Origin: Adineta vaga
Lineage: Eukaryota > Animalia > Rotifera
NCBI GenBank assembly: GCA_021613535.1
Contig: CP075492.1
Coordinates: forward strand, 4,960,001-5,024,000
Length of the DNA: 64,000 nucleotides
Direction: 5' to 3'
Position numbers and translations under genes: made by a program. The notes beneath the pieces were generated by a model. That model saw only the letters and a list, made by a program, of their open reading frames with translations, ran no database searches and had not been told where the DNA came from. This document shows positions 37,701 to 50,723 of this stretch, piece after piece. Each line of letters starts with the position of its first letter. Within the stretch, counting starts at the first letter, position 1.

Positions 37701-39842
37701 CTGAAAAACGATATTATTGGCGTGTTGATGCATCGTATGTTTGGTTTTTTTCTTTTCTCAACAAAAGAACAATCATTAGAATAAATTCATTTGTTTTAGA
37801 TCGATAACAATGTATCAAAATGAGACAACAAATAAATTTTCTCGAGAAATTCCATTAGATAAAGTTCTTCTACATATAAATACTAGTCAAGAAAAATCTC
37901 ATTATTTTGAAATACGTACGGATCAAAATATTTATTTTTGTGGATATAAACGTACAAGAAATCGAGTAAAATGAATATTCTCTATTGATTGAAGTAAAAA
38001 AAATCTTGCTTTCATTTTAGAAATATGATATTTCACATTCATCTCAACAAGCAAGAAATGCTTATACACAAATTCGTCAAGCTTTATTAGCTTATAATAA
38101 TGAAGGAAGTGATATCAAAGGTATATTTACAATCATTACATCTAAATCACAACATCGAGATATTAGTGAATTATTTAAAATTAATCCCATTGAAGTACTT
38201 GGTAGTGGACAATTTGGAACAGTATATGGAGGTAGGATGAATCGGATAGCAATTGATAAAAAATTTTGTGTTGTATAAAGGTCATTCAATTGAAACGAAT
38301 GAACAAGTTGCAATTAAAGTTATTGATAAAACACGTTTTAATGAACAGGAAGAGAAAATTCAACGTGAAGTTGATATTCTACATGAAATATCTCATCCAG
38401 GTGTGATTAAATTACATGCAATGTTTGATACACCAGGAAAAGTAAATTTTTCATATGAATACGAAATTGCTTTGTTAATAACATTGTTTTGCGCAATAGT
38501 TTTATTTAGTTATGGAAAAATTACATTCAGATATGCTCGAAATGATCTTAAGTCAACCAATAAAACGTCTCAATGAACGACAAACAAAATTTCTCATCTA
38601 TCAAGTACTTGTCGCTTTAAGATATTTACATAGTAAATCAATTGTCCATTGTGATTTGAAACCTGAGAATGGTTGGTGGAATTTTCTCTTCATATTTCTG
38701 ATTAAATTAATCATAATTCCTTCTAGTTCTTCTTGCACAAGTACAAGATTTTCCTCAAACAAAACTATGTGATTTTGGTTTTGCACGTATTATTGGAGAG
38801 AAATCATTTCGACGATCTATTGTTGGCACACCAGCTTATCTACGTATGTACTAGGAAAACATAATATTTACTAGAATGATAATAAGGATTTTTATTTTAG
38901 CACCCGAAGCATTAAAACCAGAAATACGTTTGGAAAGAGGATATAATCGATCATTAGATATGTGGTCGTGTGGAGTGATTATTTACGTATCGTAAGTTTC
39001 CTATTTGTTTTTCTATTCGAATGAATGTTTTGTTTAGTCTTAGTGGAACATTTCCATTCAATGAAGATGAAGAAATTGAAGATGTAATAAGACAAAAGAA
39101 ATGTTTTTTTTCAGTTTCTATCCTGAAAATTTGTTTTTTGTTCTTATAGCAAATTCGTAATGCAAATTTTATGTTTCCTGCAAATCCTTGGCAAGAAATA
39201 TCCAAAGATGGTATTGAATAAAAGACTTTTTCATCGCACAGATTACATATGAACTTTTCTCTTAGCACTAATTTTTTTAAGCAATCTATTAGAAATCGAT
39301 AGAAGACGACGATTAGTTATAAATAAAGCTTTCCTTCAACCATGGCTTCAGGTGAAGAGAATTCGCATGAGAAATAGTTTATTATGAATCTTTTGCTCTT
39401 TATTTGCATGATTAATTAGCATGCGATTTTGTTTTTTTAGCTGTTGATCTTATTTCGCATCATTTGCTTCAAGTCAATGCCGGACATCGACTTGCAGCAG
39501 CCAATGCACTTCGACATGCTTTCTTTGAAGTGTGTGCATAGCATTTGTTGATTTGGAGCAAGATTAAATCTTTGTTTTTAGGATTATCAATTATATTGTG
39601 ATTTACGAAAATTGGAAGAATCATGTTCTTGTGAACGTTGGTTGACATTACCTGAAGATGATGAAAAATGGGAACAGTATGCAAAAGAAAATGGTTTTAA
39701 TGACAAATCAGTAACATGTAAGAAAAGAATGTTGATATAGAAATATTGACTTTTAAATTTGTATTCTTTAGCATCATCATTAACTTTAACATTCCCAGTA
39801 AAAAACTTTCTCAGTATTGAAACAGCTTCAAAAAAACAATGA
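34760..39842 (+). CDS. PRKD: Serine/threonine protein kinase D (two C1 domains, PH domain, kinase), many exons
   Basis: C1a [26 protein letters not shown]; C1b [26 protein letters not shown]; PH WEGWMVH..KRYYWR; kinase [60 protein letters not shown]. Confidence 0.93.
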
Positions 39843-40259
39843 TTTTTTATGTTTATGTTCAAAATGCGTAGTGTCAGATATATATATACTACGCAAAATG
39901 ACAAAAACTGATTTTATCGTGAATTTCTCTCTCTCTCTCTCTTTCTATATATAGATATATAGATATATGTTTTTATTTTGTCAATCTAGTATCTTTTTCT
40001 TTTCTAATCTCGAGTCATATTTTCTTATGTTGTATTTGAAATTATTGTGGATAGATGATGTCTGAAATGTATCTCAATTTCTTAATCCAGGTGAGACGAC
40101 AAATCATGTTACTGATGAGAATATACTGTTTATTTTTTGTTTAATCCAGGAAAATTGTTTTGCATTTCAGCATTTCGTAATATAATAAAAGTCTCTATTT
40201 TTCGTCGTTATAATCGATATCTACTTTTTTTGACAAAAGAAAGATACGAATCAAATCAA

Positions 40260-40750
40260 AGCTTGATAATAACTTGTATAATATTCAGAAATTAGTTCTC
40301 GACTTGGAGCTATGCCTATTGTAACGTAATAAATAGTTCGAGACGCACTCGGATATATATAAATCATCCCAAAAGAAGTTGTAGATAGATTACCATTGTT
40401 ATAGGCATTAGCATCACTATCGAGGTAAATACACTAAATATTTTACAATCAATACATGAAAGCTAATATATTTGGCAAAATGATATTCTTGAAAACATAC
40501 TTACACCGTTGCTTGTATCAGTTGGATTCGTCGTTGAAGTACTATACAGTGATATTACAAACATAGTTTTTCAGAGAAAATGTATTCTAATATCATTTCA
40601 TTCATGTAATACTAGTCTATGCTGGTTGTGGAAGTAGTTGACGCTGAATTGGTGGTACCTGTTGTTGTATGGATTGCTAAATGACACACTAGTAGATCAA
40701 AATTTTATATATTTAAATATCTTTACTTGCAGTTATTGTGGGTCCGTTCT
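40260..40750 (-). pseudogene. Degraded multi-exon Ser/Thr-rich extracellular protein relic
   Basis: Small T/S-rich exons with splice sites, then FWDDLYI / IYYVTIGIAPSR..EYY in shifted frames with stops. Confidence 0.3.
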
Positions 40751-41110
40751 GTGCAAAAATTAAAGATAACAATCTTTAAGCATGGGAGAGAGATTGAGAA
40801 AGTTTGAAGAAAAAGGTTAACGTCGTGTTCAAAAAGCATGAAGCACAAATTTCTCCTAAACATATAGTCTTTTAGAATGCTCAAAGAAAAAGAAATGAAA
40901 ATGAGATTTAATCTATCGTATTTGTGATAATAATTTCGTATATATGCGGAAATGCCTGACATTTTCTTGTCTTTTAAATGATGAAATATCATGTTTTAGA
41001 CTTATGAACTAATAAAATGGATTCATCAATGTGAAAATAAGAAAATTTCATTACATTAAATAAAAAGCGAGTACAAGAAGGATAGTTGATTGAGTATAGA
41101 CTGAACAACG

Positions 41111-42049
41111 ATGTCATTAGCAGAAACAATTAGATCTATTACAAATAAACTTAATTCATATTGTGGTTGTATTCTTTTAATTATTGGATCAATTGGTGCA
41201 TTATTGAACATGTATACCTATCGGCAACGAACACTTCGTACAAGTCCTTGTTCCATTTATCTTTTTAGTCAATCATTTTTTGATTTATGTCATTTAATTA
41301 ATACATTATTTACACGTATTCTTTTTACTTTATCAATTGAAACTTATTCAAAAAATGATTTTTATTGTCGAATTCGTTCATTTATTGCTGAAGTAACATC
41401 ACTTTGTGCTGTCAGTTGTTTGTGTTTAGGCACTTTTGATCGTTGTATGTTTACTTCAAGACAAGAATCTTTACGTCGATGGAGTTCTCATATATTTGCC
41501 TATCGTTCCTTGACCATTATCATTATAGTATGGTCTTTGATCAATATTCCACAAATAATTTTTCGTGGTATGACAAATAATACTTGTACGTCTTTATCCA
41601 TTAATTTCACTCTTTATTTAAACTATTGTCATACACCATTGTTCTATGGTGTCATACCTATTATAACCTTATTTTATTTACGAAAACATACTATGCAAAA
41701 TCTTCAAAATCTTCAACATACCGTTATTCTTCGTTCTCGAATGGAACGATATATTAATCGAATGCTATTGTTTCAAATTAGTTTAGCTTTATTTACTTTT
41801 CTACTTTTAATGATACAATATATTTATACAGCAGTAACGATCTATACACAAAAAGATGCGTTACATACAGCTATTCAAAATTTATCTCTACAAATTGTTC
41901 GATTAATTTTCTATTTGAATTATACAAGTGCATTCTATATTAACTACTTTGTGTCGCCAGAAATACGTCTCATTATACGACGATTATTTACTTGTAAGTA
42001 CCAACGAATTCGACCAGTGAATGCGATAGGTCGCGGTGAACAACATTGA
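41111..42049 (+). CDS. Rhodopsin-like GPCR, intronless
   Basis: GSIGALLN, SPCSIYL, YCRIR, TFDRC, seven TM segments, FYINYFVSPEIR. Confidence 0.88.
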   Translation: MSLAETIRSITNKLNSYCGCILLIIGSIGALLNMYTYRQRTLRTSPCSIYLFSQSFFDLCHLINTLFTRILFTLSIETYSKNDFYCRIRSFIAEVTSLCAVSCLCLGTFDRCMFTSRQESLRRWSSHIFAYRSLTIIIIVWSLINIPQIIFRGMTNNTCTSLSINFTLYLNYCHTPLFYGVIPIITLFYLRKHTMQNLQNLQHTVILRSRMERYINRMLLFQISLALFTFLLLMIQYIYTAVTIYTQKDALHTAIQNLSLQIVRLIFYLNYTSAFYINYFVSPEIRLIIRRLFTCKYQRIRPVNAIGRGEQH

Positions 42050-42304
42050 ACAAGTATGGTGTACTTCATCGATAAAAACCAACGCGTTTTCGAACTCAAA
42101 AAACTTAATTTTCATACAACAGTATCTGGCGTAATAGTATCACGAATAAAAAAATGATCCTGGTCAGTAAATTATCAGTTCATATGATCGCAAAGACTTC
42201 ATCGAACAATATTTGTTTTCTTTTTTTCTTGCATTTCTCTCTTTACCGAGTGCGTCAGACGTTGAATAAATTTTTAAATCATACACGAATATCTCAAACG
42301 AAAA

Positions 42305-42480
42305 CAACATGCCAACTCGATGGTTGTAGGCGCACAGCATCTGTCTTCTGTTATTGTTGTATAAAAAAACATATGCGCTCGTCATTTCAATGAACATATT
42401 TATGCTTTGAAATGACATGCATAAACTTCTTGACTAAAGTTAAAGAGATCGAAACAGTTGAACAAATTCGGATGTTGATC
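42305..42480 (+). pseudogene. Zinc-finger (B-box-like) gene remnant
   Basis: CQLDGCRRTASVFCYCC then, in a shifted frame, NICARHFNEH followed by a stop. Confidence 0.3.
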
Positions 42481-42613
42481 GACAGAATTCTTTTAGATCA
42501 TTCATTTTTCTGATAGGATATCCTATATTTATTTTGTTAAAACATCATATTCATTCGTAACTGAATAATAATCAACTACAAAATTTAAAAAAAAAACGAA
42601 AACGAGGAGGAAA

Positions 42614-45600
42614 TCAAATTTTATCAATAAGATCACTAAGATCATCATAACTATCACTAATTCTATCATCAGTCATATTTAATTGTTCAATTGCATCAGT
42701 AACATCTTCAGTTTCAACTTTTATTTCTGGTATAATTTCAGTCTCATTTGTTGATAACGCATTTTCAACGGAAATTGTTGTAATTGACTCATTTTTATAT
42801 TTTTCAATAATTGACGAACTATCTGCAATGGCAGCTGTGCTTCTGCTGCTAATTGCTTTTCTTTTCGAATGGCAGCCATCGCATTTGCAGCAATAGATTT
42901 TGGTTTGGGTTCCGTAACTGGATCGTCTTCAAAATCTGATTTTAACCAATCTGTCATATCAGCAAAGAGAAAAACTCCATTATGACTTATATTAATTTGT
43001 GACAATGGTAAATCACTTGGATCAATAAGCTCATCATCATTATCGGTTAATTCTTCCTCTTTACTTGCACCATCGGTACATTTCGATGCATAACGTAGTT
43101 GATGTACTCGATAATGATTACGTATACGAATTGTTGATGGTACATATTGTTTACAAATTGTACATGTACGTGATTGAAGTTTAGTTTGAATCGATGGACA
43201 AAAAGCATCGAATGGAATTAAAGGTTTCTGTGTTCCACGTACGACAATACCATGAAATTGAATACGTTGAAATAATGTTCCATAATAAGGTGAAGTTGGT
43301 TTTTGATCAGCAAATGATGATTCAATTTCAGCTAAACGAACACCACGTGATGAACGATGAAATGGAACGGGTGGAGGAAGAAAACGATGAGGAAAAACTT
43401 GAATATAATTCGAACGCCATGGACCACAACATTCAGGTTTTGTACAACGAATGATTTGAATTGTATATTGCGTTTGAAAAACATGTGTTGCACACCAATA
43501 TCTAAACAAAATCGACCTTCGATTAATCCTCAAAATTCATATTTGACTTACTCATCAATATCGTAAATTGGATTCGGTTTCGTATCTTCAGGAATATTTG
43601 AATAAATTGCTGGTCGTGAACGTGTAATGCGTTGATGTAATGGAACTTCTTCATCTTCATCACAGATTCTATGAAAAAAATATACGACATTTATTTAATT
43701 CTTCTTCTTTTTCTTAAAAATCTTACTGATCAATAATGTAATCTAATGTAAATTGTGCATCAATAAATCGAACCATTTCATCCGCTGATGATGGTGGATC
43801 AATATACTGTGCAATAACGGGATGTCGATCAATCATATTCATATTCCAAACTTCTGCAAGAATATCACCGGTTTTCTTGAAATTATTCTTTTCTAATTCA
43901 GCATTAACTGTTAAACCACTTATATTTAAATGTGTGCCAAAATAATTATGTGGTAAAACTAAACCTGATAAATCATGTGATAAAAGGGCTAAACGTCGTT
44001 CACAACTACCAAAGATTGCTTGACCCGGTGCTTGTGTAACAAGAATAAATGCATCTAGATTGTATTTTTTAAATTTTTTTATCGCTAAATAAAGCGTTTT
44101 AGGAAAACGTGTATAATTCATTGGATCAATATTATCGACATTCATAATAATAACTGGTTTAACTTCTCCAATATGATTTCGAGCAGTTTTTTCGAATTCT
44201 TTTAATTTAACAACTTCATCAAAATCTATTTCATCAGAATCAATATTGATTCGATCATGTTTTACAGAACGAATTGATATATAAGTTGGACCTGTATTTG
44301 TTACAACACCTGCTTCATCAATAATACAAGATGCATAAACTCTACAACAAGAAATTTGATTTCAACGAAATATCAACGTGAATATACATACGTTGGTTTT
44401 AATTGATATGGAACAGTCGATGGTATTGGTATTGAATTAACTGTACTCATTTGATAGTCTAAATGCATAATTAATGGTGAATGTCCTCGTGATGCTGGTC
44501 GACCAATTCGTACAGATGCTTTATTATCTTGTATAAGATAAAAGACACAATCATTTCCAAATGTAGCTGCTAAATCTTTAATATGTTTTATTATTGCAGC
44601 AACAAAATGACAATCTAAAGATCGAAAGAAAAACATCAATTTGAAGAAAAAGAAAACAATCTTGTTAATTACCTGGATGTTTTGGTTGTTCAATGCCTTG
44701 AAGTTTTCTTAAACGAACCGCTGTTGAAGTGACATGTTTTTTTCCATCTTCGGAAAATGCACCTGCAGGAATTAAACTAAAACAGACAGATATAAATATA
44801 CATATTATTCAATGAAAATTTTCTACCGATAATAAGTTGATGATCTTCGAATTTCATAACTACGTTCTTTAATTTTTTCTCTTAGTTCATCCAAAGTTGT
44901 ACATGAATTCGGTGTACTATTCGTTTTTGATGGTTGATCAGGTACCACCGATTCGCGCAATTTCTTCCAATGTTTGTAATAAATCTGATGAAACATTATC
45001 AATTGAATGAACAGCTATTGTTGATGGTTTATAGAGTTTTAAAAGTTCAGTAGCAACTTCAGGATCAGCATTACATAGATTTTCCAGACGTTTCTTACGT
45101 CGTTGACGATAACGTAAACCAGCACGTTGTTTCGATTGTAAAAGACTTAATTCTGTTGAACGTTCTTTCTTTTGTCGAATTAATTTTCTTAATGTATGAT
45201 TCGTTTCTTCAGTTGATAAACCCATATTTTTTACTTGAATTAAATTTGCAATACGTTCAGCTATATCTTTGATTTCTTGTGCAAGTGCTTCTTGTACAGG
45301 TGCTTTAACTCGACTTGCACGTGCAAGACGTTTCGCTTCGATTTTAGCCTGATGAGCATCAATACGAGCTTTTGCTTTTTCTAAACCACGTATAACCCAA
45401 GGTTTTGTTACGTCTTCATCTTCATTTCCCGGTTTTCCTTGGGAACGTTTCGAAAATGTTGGTTCAACAGCAATAACAATATTCGGATCGAATAATGGAT
45501 CATGAATATCTTGTTCATCATCCGATGAGATTGTTCGTTTTCGATTCGTCGTTGAAGAAATTTCAGTGGAATTCGAAAGATCCTTTTCAGTTTTAATTTC

Positions 45601-45838
45601 ATTTAAATTTTTTGATATTTGAAGATAATTTTCAATCTTTGATTTGATTAATACTTGATCTTGTTTGATTTTATTCCATTCAGCTAATGCATTGTAATGA
45701 CAAAGCTAAACAACAACAGATAGACAAATAAGCAATTTGAAGGTTAATACATACGCATTTTGCGACGTCTGGATGACCTTTCATATAAGCATCGATGAAA
45801 GTTTTGTATAAAACAAAGGGCGAAGTTTTGTTTGTCAT
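42614..45838 (-). CDS. Intron-containing gene derived from a Zator/ISAzo13-related DDE transposase (probably domesticated); two apparent indels
   Basis: Motif order TLDELR..RSSTYYRLIP..GKKHV..DCHF..QDNKASVRIG..PLIMHLDY..VYA..GPTYISIRS.KH..VKPVII.NVD..LDA..APG..ERRLALLS.DLSGLVLPH.YFGTHL; C-terminal CxxC..HxxxH. About five GT-AG introns; frame breaks at ~44941 and ~42838. Confidence 0.65.
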
Positions 45839-46690
45839 GTTTACCACTCAAGAGGAAAATCGTATTAAATCTTTTTTGAACATCAAGAACACAGAATTTC
45901 GTCAATGAACGATGTGTCCGTATAAACTTGTTATATCCAACGAAGCGTTGTTTCTTTTCGTTCTATTCAATTTCATTGAAGAGAAGAGAGAAAAGAGGAA
46001 AAAAAAGGTACATAGACATTCATGTCATCGGTCACTAATACGATATTCTTTATCTTTACCTTGACGACAAGCAGTTCATATAAATAAAAGAAAAAGTCAA
46101 ATAATCGTTCGAGCTTTTTTTTTGAATAATAATAAAGCGTATTGTTATCAGTCGATTTAGTAAATATCAATATATTTCATGGATAGACTAATCAACAAAT
46201 GCGAATCTTTTCTTTGTATTTCACAGCATTACTAACTTATTGTTTAATGTGTAGAAGAGCGAAAAATGACCCGATGTTGACCTTTTGCATACATACGAAT
46301 CGTAAAATATGGAGTCAAATTATTAGTTTTAACTCAAGACTATTTCGATAAGTGATTATCTATGAAACATAGTTATGGAAATATTTGAAAAAAAAAACAC
46401 TTTTTCTAACAACAATATTATGAAATATTATTCATTCAACGTGCATTTCATGTTTATTGATTGACATAAGAATCTAATGGATTTAAATGGAAGATGAAAT
46501 GAAATATTGATAGAAATCGATAATTTATACGACATGACAAATTTTTCCGGCCATGTTTCATATCAACAATTGTTTAGCAACGAAATAACTATAAATTGAA
46601 GTCATTCATTCATTCATTCATTTCCATTCTCATTTTTATTATCGATAAGTTATATTCTATACTTCTCATAAATACGAGACAAAATCGATC

Positions 46691-47181
46691 ATGAATTTTA
46701 TTTCTATTATTCTTTTTGGTTTAGTTTTCTGCGGTAGGTTCAATTCTCGATAAAGAATTTCTTCATTAATGGATTATTTAGTTTTACAACGTGAAACTGA
46801 TGCTATTAGTTGTTACGTCTGTGTGCGAGGTTCAGAAGGATGTGGTACTTCATTTCGAACATGGGGTAGTGGAGTTGCTACATCCAATGTTACCAATGCA
46901 GCTTATTGTACCGTATGAAAATGATCGATTTTCTTTACAATTAACATCTTAATTTGTTTTTTCATTTACAGAAAATAGTGTCTACAGTAAATTTGAACAG
47001 TATTTCACGTGCTTATGTACCTAATGCTGGCACCTGTGTTGAAGGTGCATCCACAAGCGATGGTACTAATTCTTATTTATATTGTTGTACTACGGATTTT
47101 TGTAACAAAAGTTCAATTAGCAAAGGAAATGTATTCTTCGGAATGCTGTCGATAATGATTGCTATGTTTCTCTTCAAGTGA
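46691..47181 (+). CDS. Ly6/uPAR three-finger, GPI-anchored protein, 3 exons
   Basis: Signal exon MNFISIILFGLVFC; ISCYVC..GCG..YCT; CCTTDFCN followed by a hydrophobic GPI signal. Confidence 0.85.
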
Positions 47182-47634
47182 TCTTCATCGACATATCTCA
47201 TAAAGACAAATATTGATATCTCACATTCTATTTTTATTCATCACTTCTCTGTGTTGTATGTTTCTTAAGTCTATTGTTTTTACAAAAAATAAATAATCCA
47301 GGTCACATTGAACGTAAAAAATAATAAACTTCATCAGATTAAAAAGAGACTTCTATCAACAATGTGTGTTTATTCTTTTATGATTGACGTTTCTTCCAAA
47401 TCATTTCATGTCAATCGCTACTTAAAAATAATTGAAGTATGATTGAGAGAACTCTTTATATTTAAACAGTTCGGCTGAATATTTTTAAGACTAGGTCATT
47501 TCCTCTTGACTTTTATCAAATTGACAGATGAAAATCTATCCTTCAGCGATACATTTTCCTCTCGATTGAATGTATTTTATTTATTCGGAATACACAGCAA
47601 CGAACGATATCAAATGAAGATTGAAAAACATTTA

Positions 47635-48624
47635 TTAAGCAGGATTCCTTGATTTTAATACATTAAAACTGACAGAAGCATCAACCGATTGATCAGTTGG
47701 TATAACAAGATTATTACAAAAAAATTTCAGTAAAATTCGTTTTAAACTTTCTCTTATTTTATGTGACACATAGAGATAAATATAGAATGGACAAACAAAA
47801 TTGCAGTGATAAAAAAGACGAATAATTTGAACAAATAAGTGCTCGATTGCATTGCGTAGATCATCTTTAGGAATGTCATTTGTAATATTAAAATAGATAT
47901 TCTGTAAACCAAATGGAATACCAGAAACAGCAAGAATCAATAATTGTGGAATGAGCATACGACGAATTTGTTTAGTTAGCTGATCATGATGATTAGAAGC
48001 TAAAGGTGAACGAAGATTTTCAATTGTTTTCCAAGTGAAAAACAGGTTAAGTGTCAATGGTCCAACGGTATAAACTAAAGGTGTAAGAAAAAAATCATTG
48101 ATTTTTGTTATTGGACTTGTCATCATCGTACAAACGCCGTTGACACTATGGCTAACAAATATAATTGGTATATAAACAATCGACCAGAAAACAGTAGTAG
48201 TTATAATTGCAAATCTCACAAGTCGTAATGATCGCCATCGTTGACGAAACCTTGCCTCACGACATGTACTTGCGTATTGATCAAAAGCAGCCCAACATGT
48301 AAATGATATGATTGGTACTGTTGTAACATAAAGTAGATAATTATGTTCACGACATGCAATATCATTGATATTGAATACTCCTAAGAGAAAACCATCAACG
48401 AGAATACTTTGTAGATAAATCGAAGGTAAATGTATGAGAGTTAAAATAGCACCACCAAGTAAATAAAGAATTGTTGGATTTTGATGAAATTTTCTGTCTC
48501 TTGTGAAGATAATAATCGTGAATATCGCTCCAATGATACCGAAAGTAATCATTGGTACAGCTAACAAATAATTAAGCCATTGAGAGACCGAATAGAGGAA
48601 TTCAGCTGTTGACGATACGTTCAT
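47635..48624 (-). CDS. Rhodopsin-like GPCR (tandem copy 1)
   Basis: Intronless 7TM ORF; NPTILYL, IACR, AAFDQY (DRY variant), PFYIYL. Confidence 0.88.
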   Translation of the reverse strand: MNVSSTAEFLYSVSQWLNYLLAVPMITFGIIGAIFTIIIFTRDRKFHQNPTILYLLGGAILTLIHLPSIYLQSILVDGFLLGVFNINDIACREHNYLLYVTTVPIISFTCWAAFDQYASTCREARFRQRWRSLRLVRFAIITTTVFWSIVYIPIIFVSHSVNGVCTMMTSPITKINDFFLTPLVYTVGPLTLNLFFTWKTIENLRSPLASNHHDQLTKQIRRMLIPQLLILAVSGIPFGLQNIYFNITNDIPKDDLRNAIEHLFVQIIRLFYHCNFVCPFYIYLYVSHKIRESLKRILLKFFCNNLVIPTDQSVDASVSFNVLKSRNPA

Positions 48625-48917
48625 TGTGTATGAGTATAGAAATGTTTTTGAAAAATGAGAATGAATAAAAACATGAGAGATGTCTGGAAAGTAAGATTAA
48701 AATAATATAGGATATGACTTTATGTCTGACTTCAAGAAAAGACTATGGGATAAGTTATTAAGTATTTTAAGTCATGTAATAAGAATTTGACTTCCGCATA
48801 GGACGTATGAGCTTTTTAGTTGATTAATCTTTTCATTTCTTGCCGAATAATACATTTAAAGAATTGCATTATATTTTACAGGATCATTCAATATCCGTTA
48901 CAATGTAAAATAATGAA

Positions 48918-49925
48918 TTAAGAAACACGATCAAAAGAAGTGTCATCACCAGTAAATGTTTGCATGACAGTCATATTTGTGTTTAAACTATCAATATTTC
49001 GTTTCGAAAATTTTCCCGTTAATCGTCTGACGATTTTTCTCACTTCACTTGACATATACAAATAAATATAGAATGTGAAAACAAAATTAAAATGATAAAA
49101 TAAACGAATAATTTGTACACATAAATGCTCGATTGATTGCCGTAGATCATCTTTTGTTATGTCATTTGTTATATTAAAATAAATATTTTGTAAACCAAAT
49201 GGAATTCCTGATATTGCAAGAATAAATAGTTGTGGAATAAGCATTCGACGAATCTGTCGTGTAAAATGATCACGATGGTTTTTTAAAGCGGTTGTACGAA
49301 TATTTTGTAGAGTACCTCGTGTAAAAACTAAAATTAATGTTAATGGACCAATTGTAAAAACTAATGGTGTTAAGATAAAATCATTAAATTTCCGATAGGA
49401 ACGATTTGTTAAAACACATGTTTGATATTCAATTCCACTAAAGAATAACATGGGCAAATAAACGATCGACCAGAATATATTTGTACCAATGATGGCAGAT
49501 CGAACGATTTGTGTGGAACTCCATTGATGACGAAAAGTTGCATTACGAGACGTACTTGCATATTGATCAAAAGCAGCCCAGCATGGAAATGATATAGCGA
49601 TAACTGTTGTTACATAAAGTAGATAGTTATGTTGTCGACAAGCAAGATCATTGGTATTAAATACACCTAAACCAAAACCATCGACAAGAATACTTTGTAA
49701 ATAAATCAATGGTAGATGTATTGCCGTCATAATTGCACCTGCTAAAAGATAAATGATTGTTGGATTTTGATGAAATGAACTTTGTCGTGTAAAGACAATA
49801 ATTGTTAATGTTGCACCGAGTATACCTAGGATAATCATAGGAATTGCAAAAAGATAATTGAGCCAACATGAAATAGAATTAATTGTTGATGCTCGTGAGA
49901 AGATGTTTGTTGAATTCACTTTCAT
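48918..49925 (-). CDS. Rhodopsin-like GPCR (tandem copy 2)
   Basis: Clear paralog of 47635-48624; AAFDQY, FYIYLYMSSEVR. Confidence 0.88.
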   Translation of the reverse strand: MKVNSTNIFSRASTINSISCWLNYLFAIPMIILGILGATLTIIVFTRQSSFHQNPTIIYLLAGAIMTAIHLPLIYLQSILVDGFGLGVFNTNDLACRQHNYLLYVTTVIAISFPCWAAFDQYASTSRNATFRHQWSSTQIVRSAIIGTNIFWSIVYLPMLFFSGIEYQTCVLTNRSYRKFNDFILTPLVFTIGPLTLILVFTRGTLQNIRTTALKNHRDHFTRQIRRMLIPQLFILAISGIPFGLQNIYFNITNDITKDDLRQSIEHLCVQIIRLFYHFNFVFTFYIYLYMSSEVRKIVRRLTGKFSKRNIDSLNTNMTVMQTFTGDDTSFDRVS

Positions 49926-50723
49926 CGTTTTTTCTTCTTCGATAATAATCTCGTTCAGGTGAGCGAGTTACTTAGCTTAATGTAAAAGGAAATGTTTCTC
50001 TGAGGCTTTCACATGAAAGTAAATTGCATCTTCTAATTTCTTTTGATGAACATGTGCAACATTGGAGAAATAATTATATTGAATAAAAAATAGAAGAAAG
50101 AAAAAAACACAATTGCTTGAGTTATAATCTTAAATAAAAGATTACAAAGAAATATAAGAAGATTTTACAATGCTCGACGAAATACGATCATGTCATTTTC
50201 CATACTAAATCAACGTATATACACTTTGATACCTCTTCTTCGTCATTTCTTTTTTCTTCTTGGTTGTCAGTTTTTTAAAGTTTCTACTAATTCACCTGTC
50301 TGAATCCTTATTACATTTATTTAAAAGAATGTCATTTACAAACAACAAAGAAAAGAATATAGGAATACTATATATAGTGAACAAGTGCGCTATGATTATG
50401 CATGCAGACTTTGTGTAGTGTTAGTTATTGTATTTAATGTTACATCCGTAATGCATCGTGCGGATTTAATCATATAATTTTTTAGAACTTTTCTTACTTC
50501 ACTTGACATATAGAGATAAATATAGAATGGACAAACAAAATTGCAGTGATAAAATAGACGAATAATTTGAACAAATAAGTGCTCGATTGCATTGCGTAGA
50601 TCATCTTTAGGAATGTCATTTGTAATATTAAAATAGATATTCTGTAAACCAAATGGAATACCAGAAACAGCAAGAATCAATAATTGTGGAATGAGCATAC
50701 GACGAATTTGTTTAGTTAGCTGA

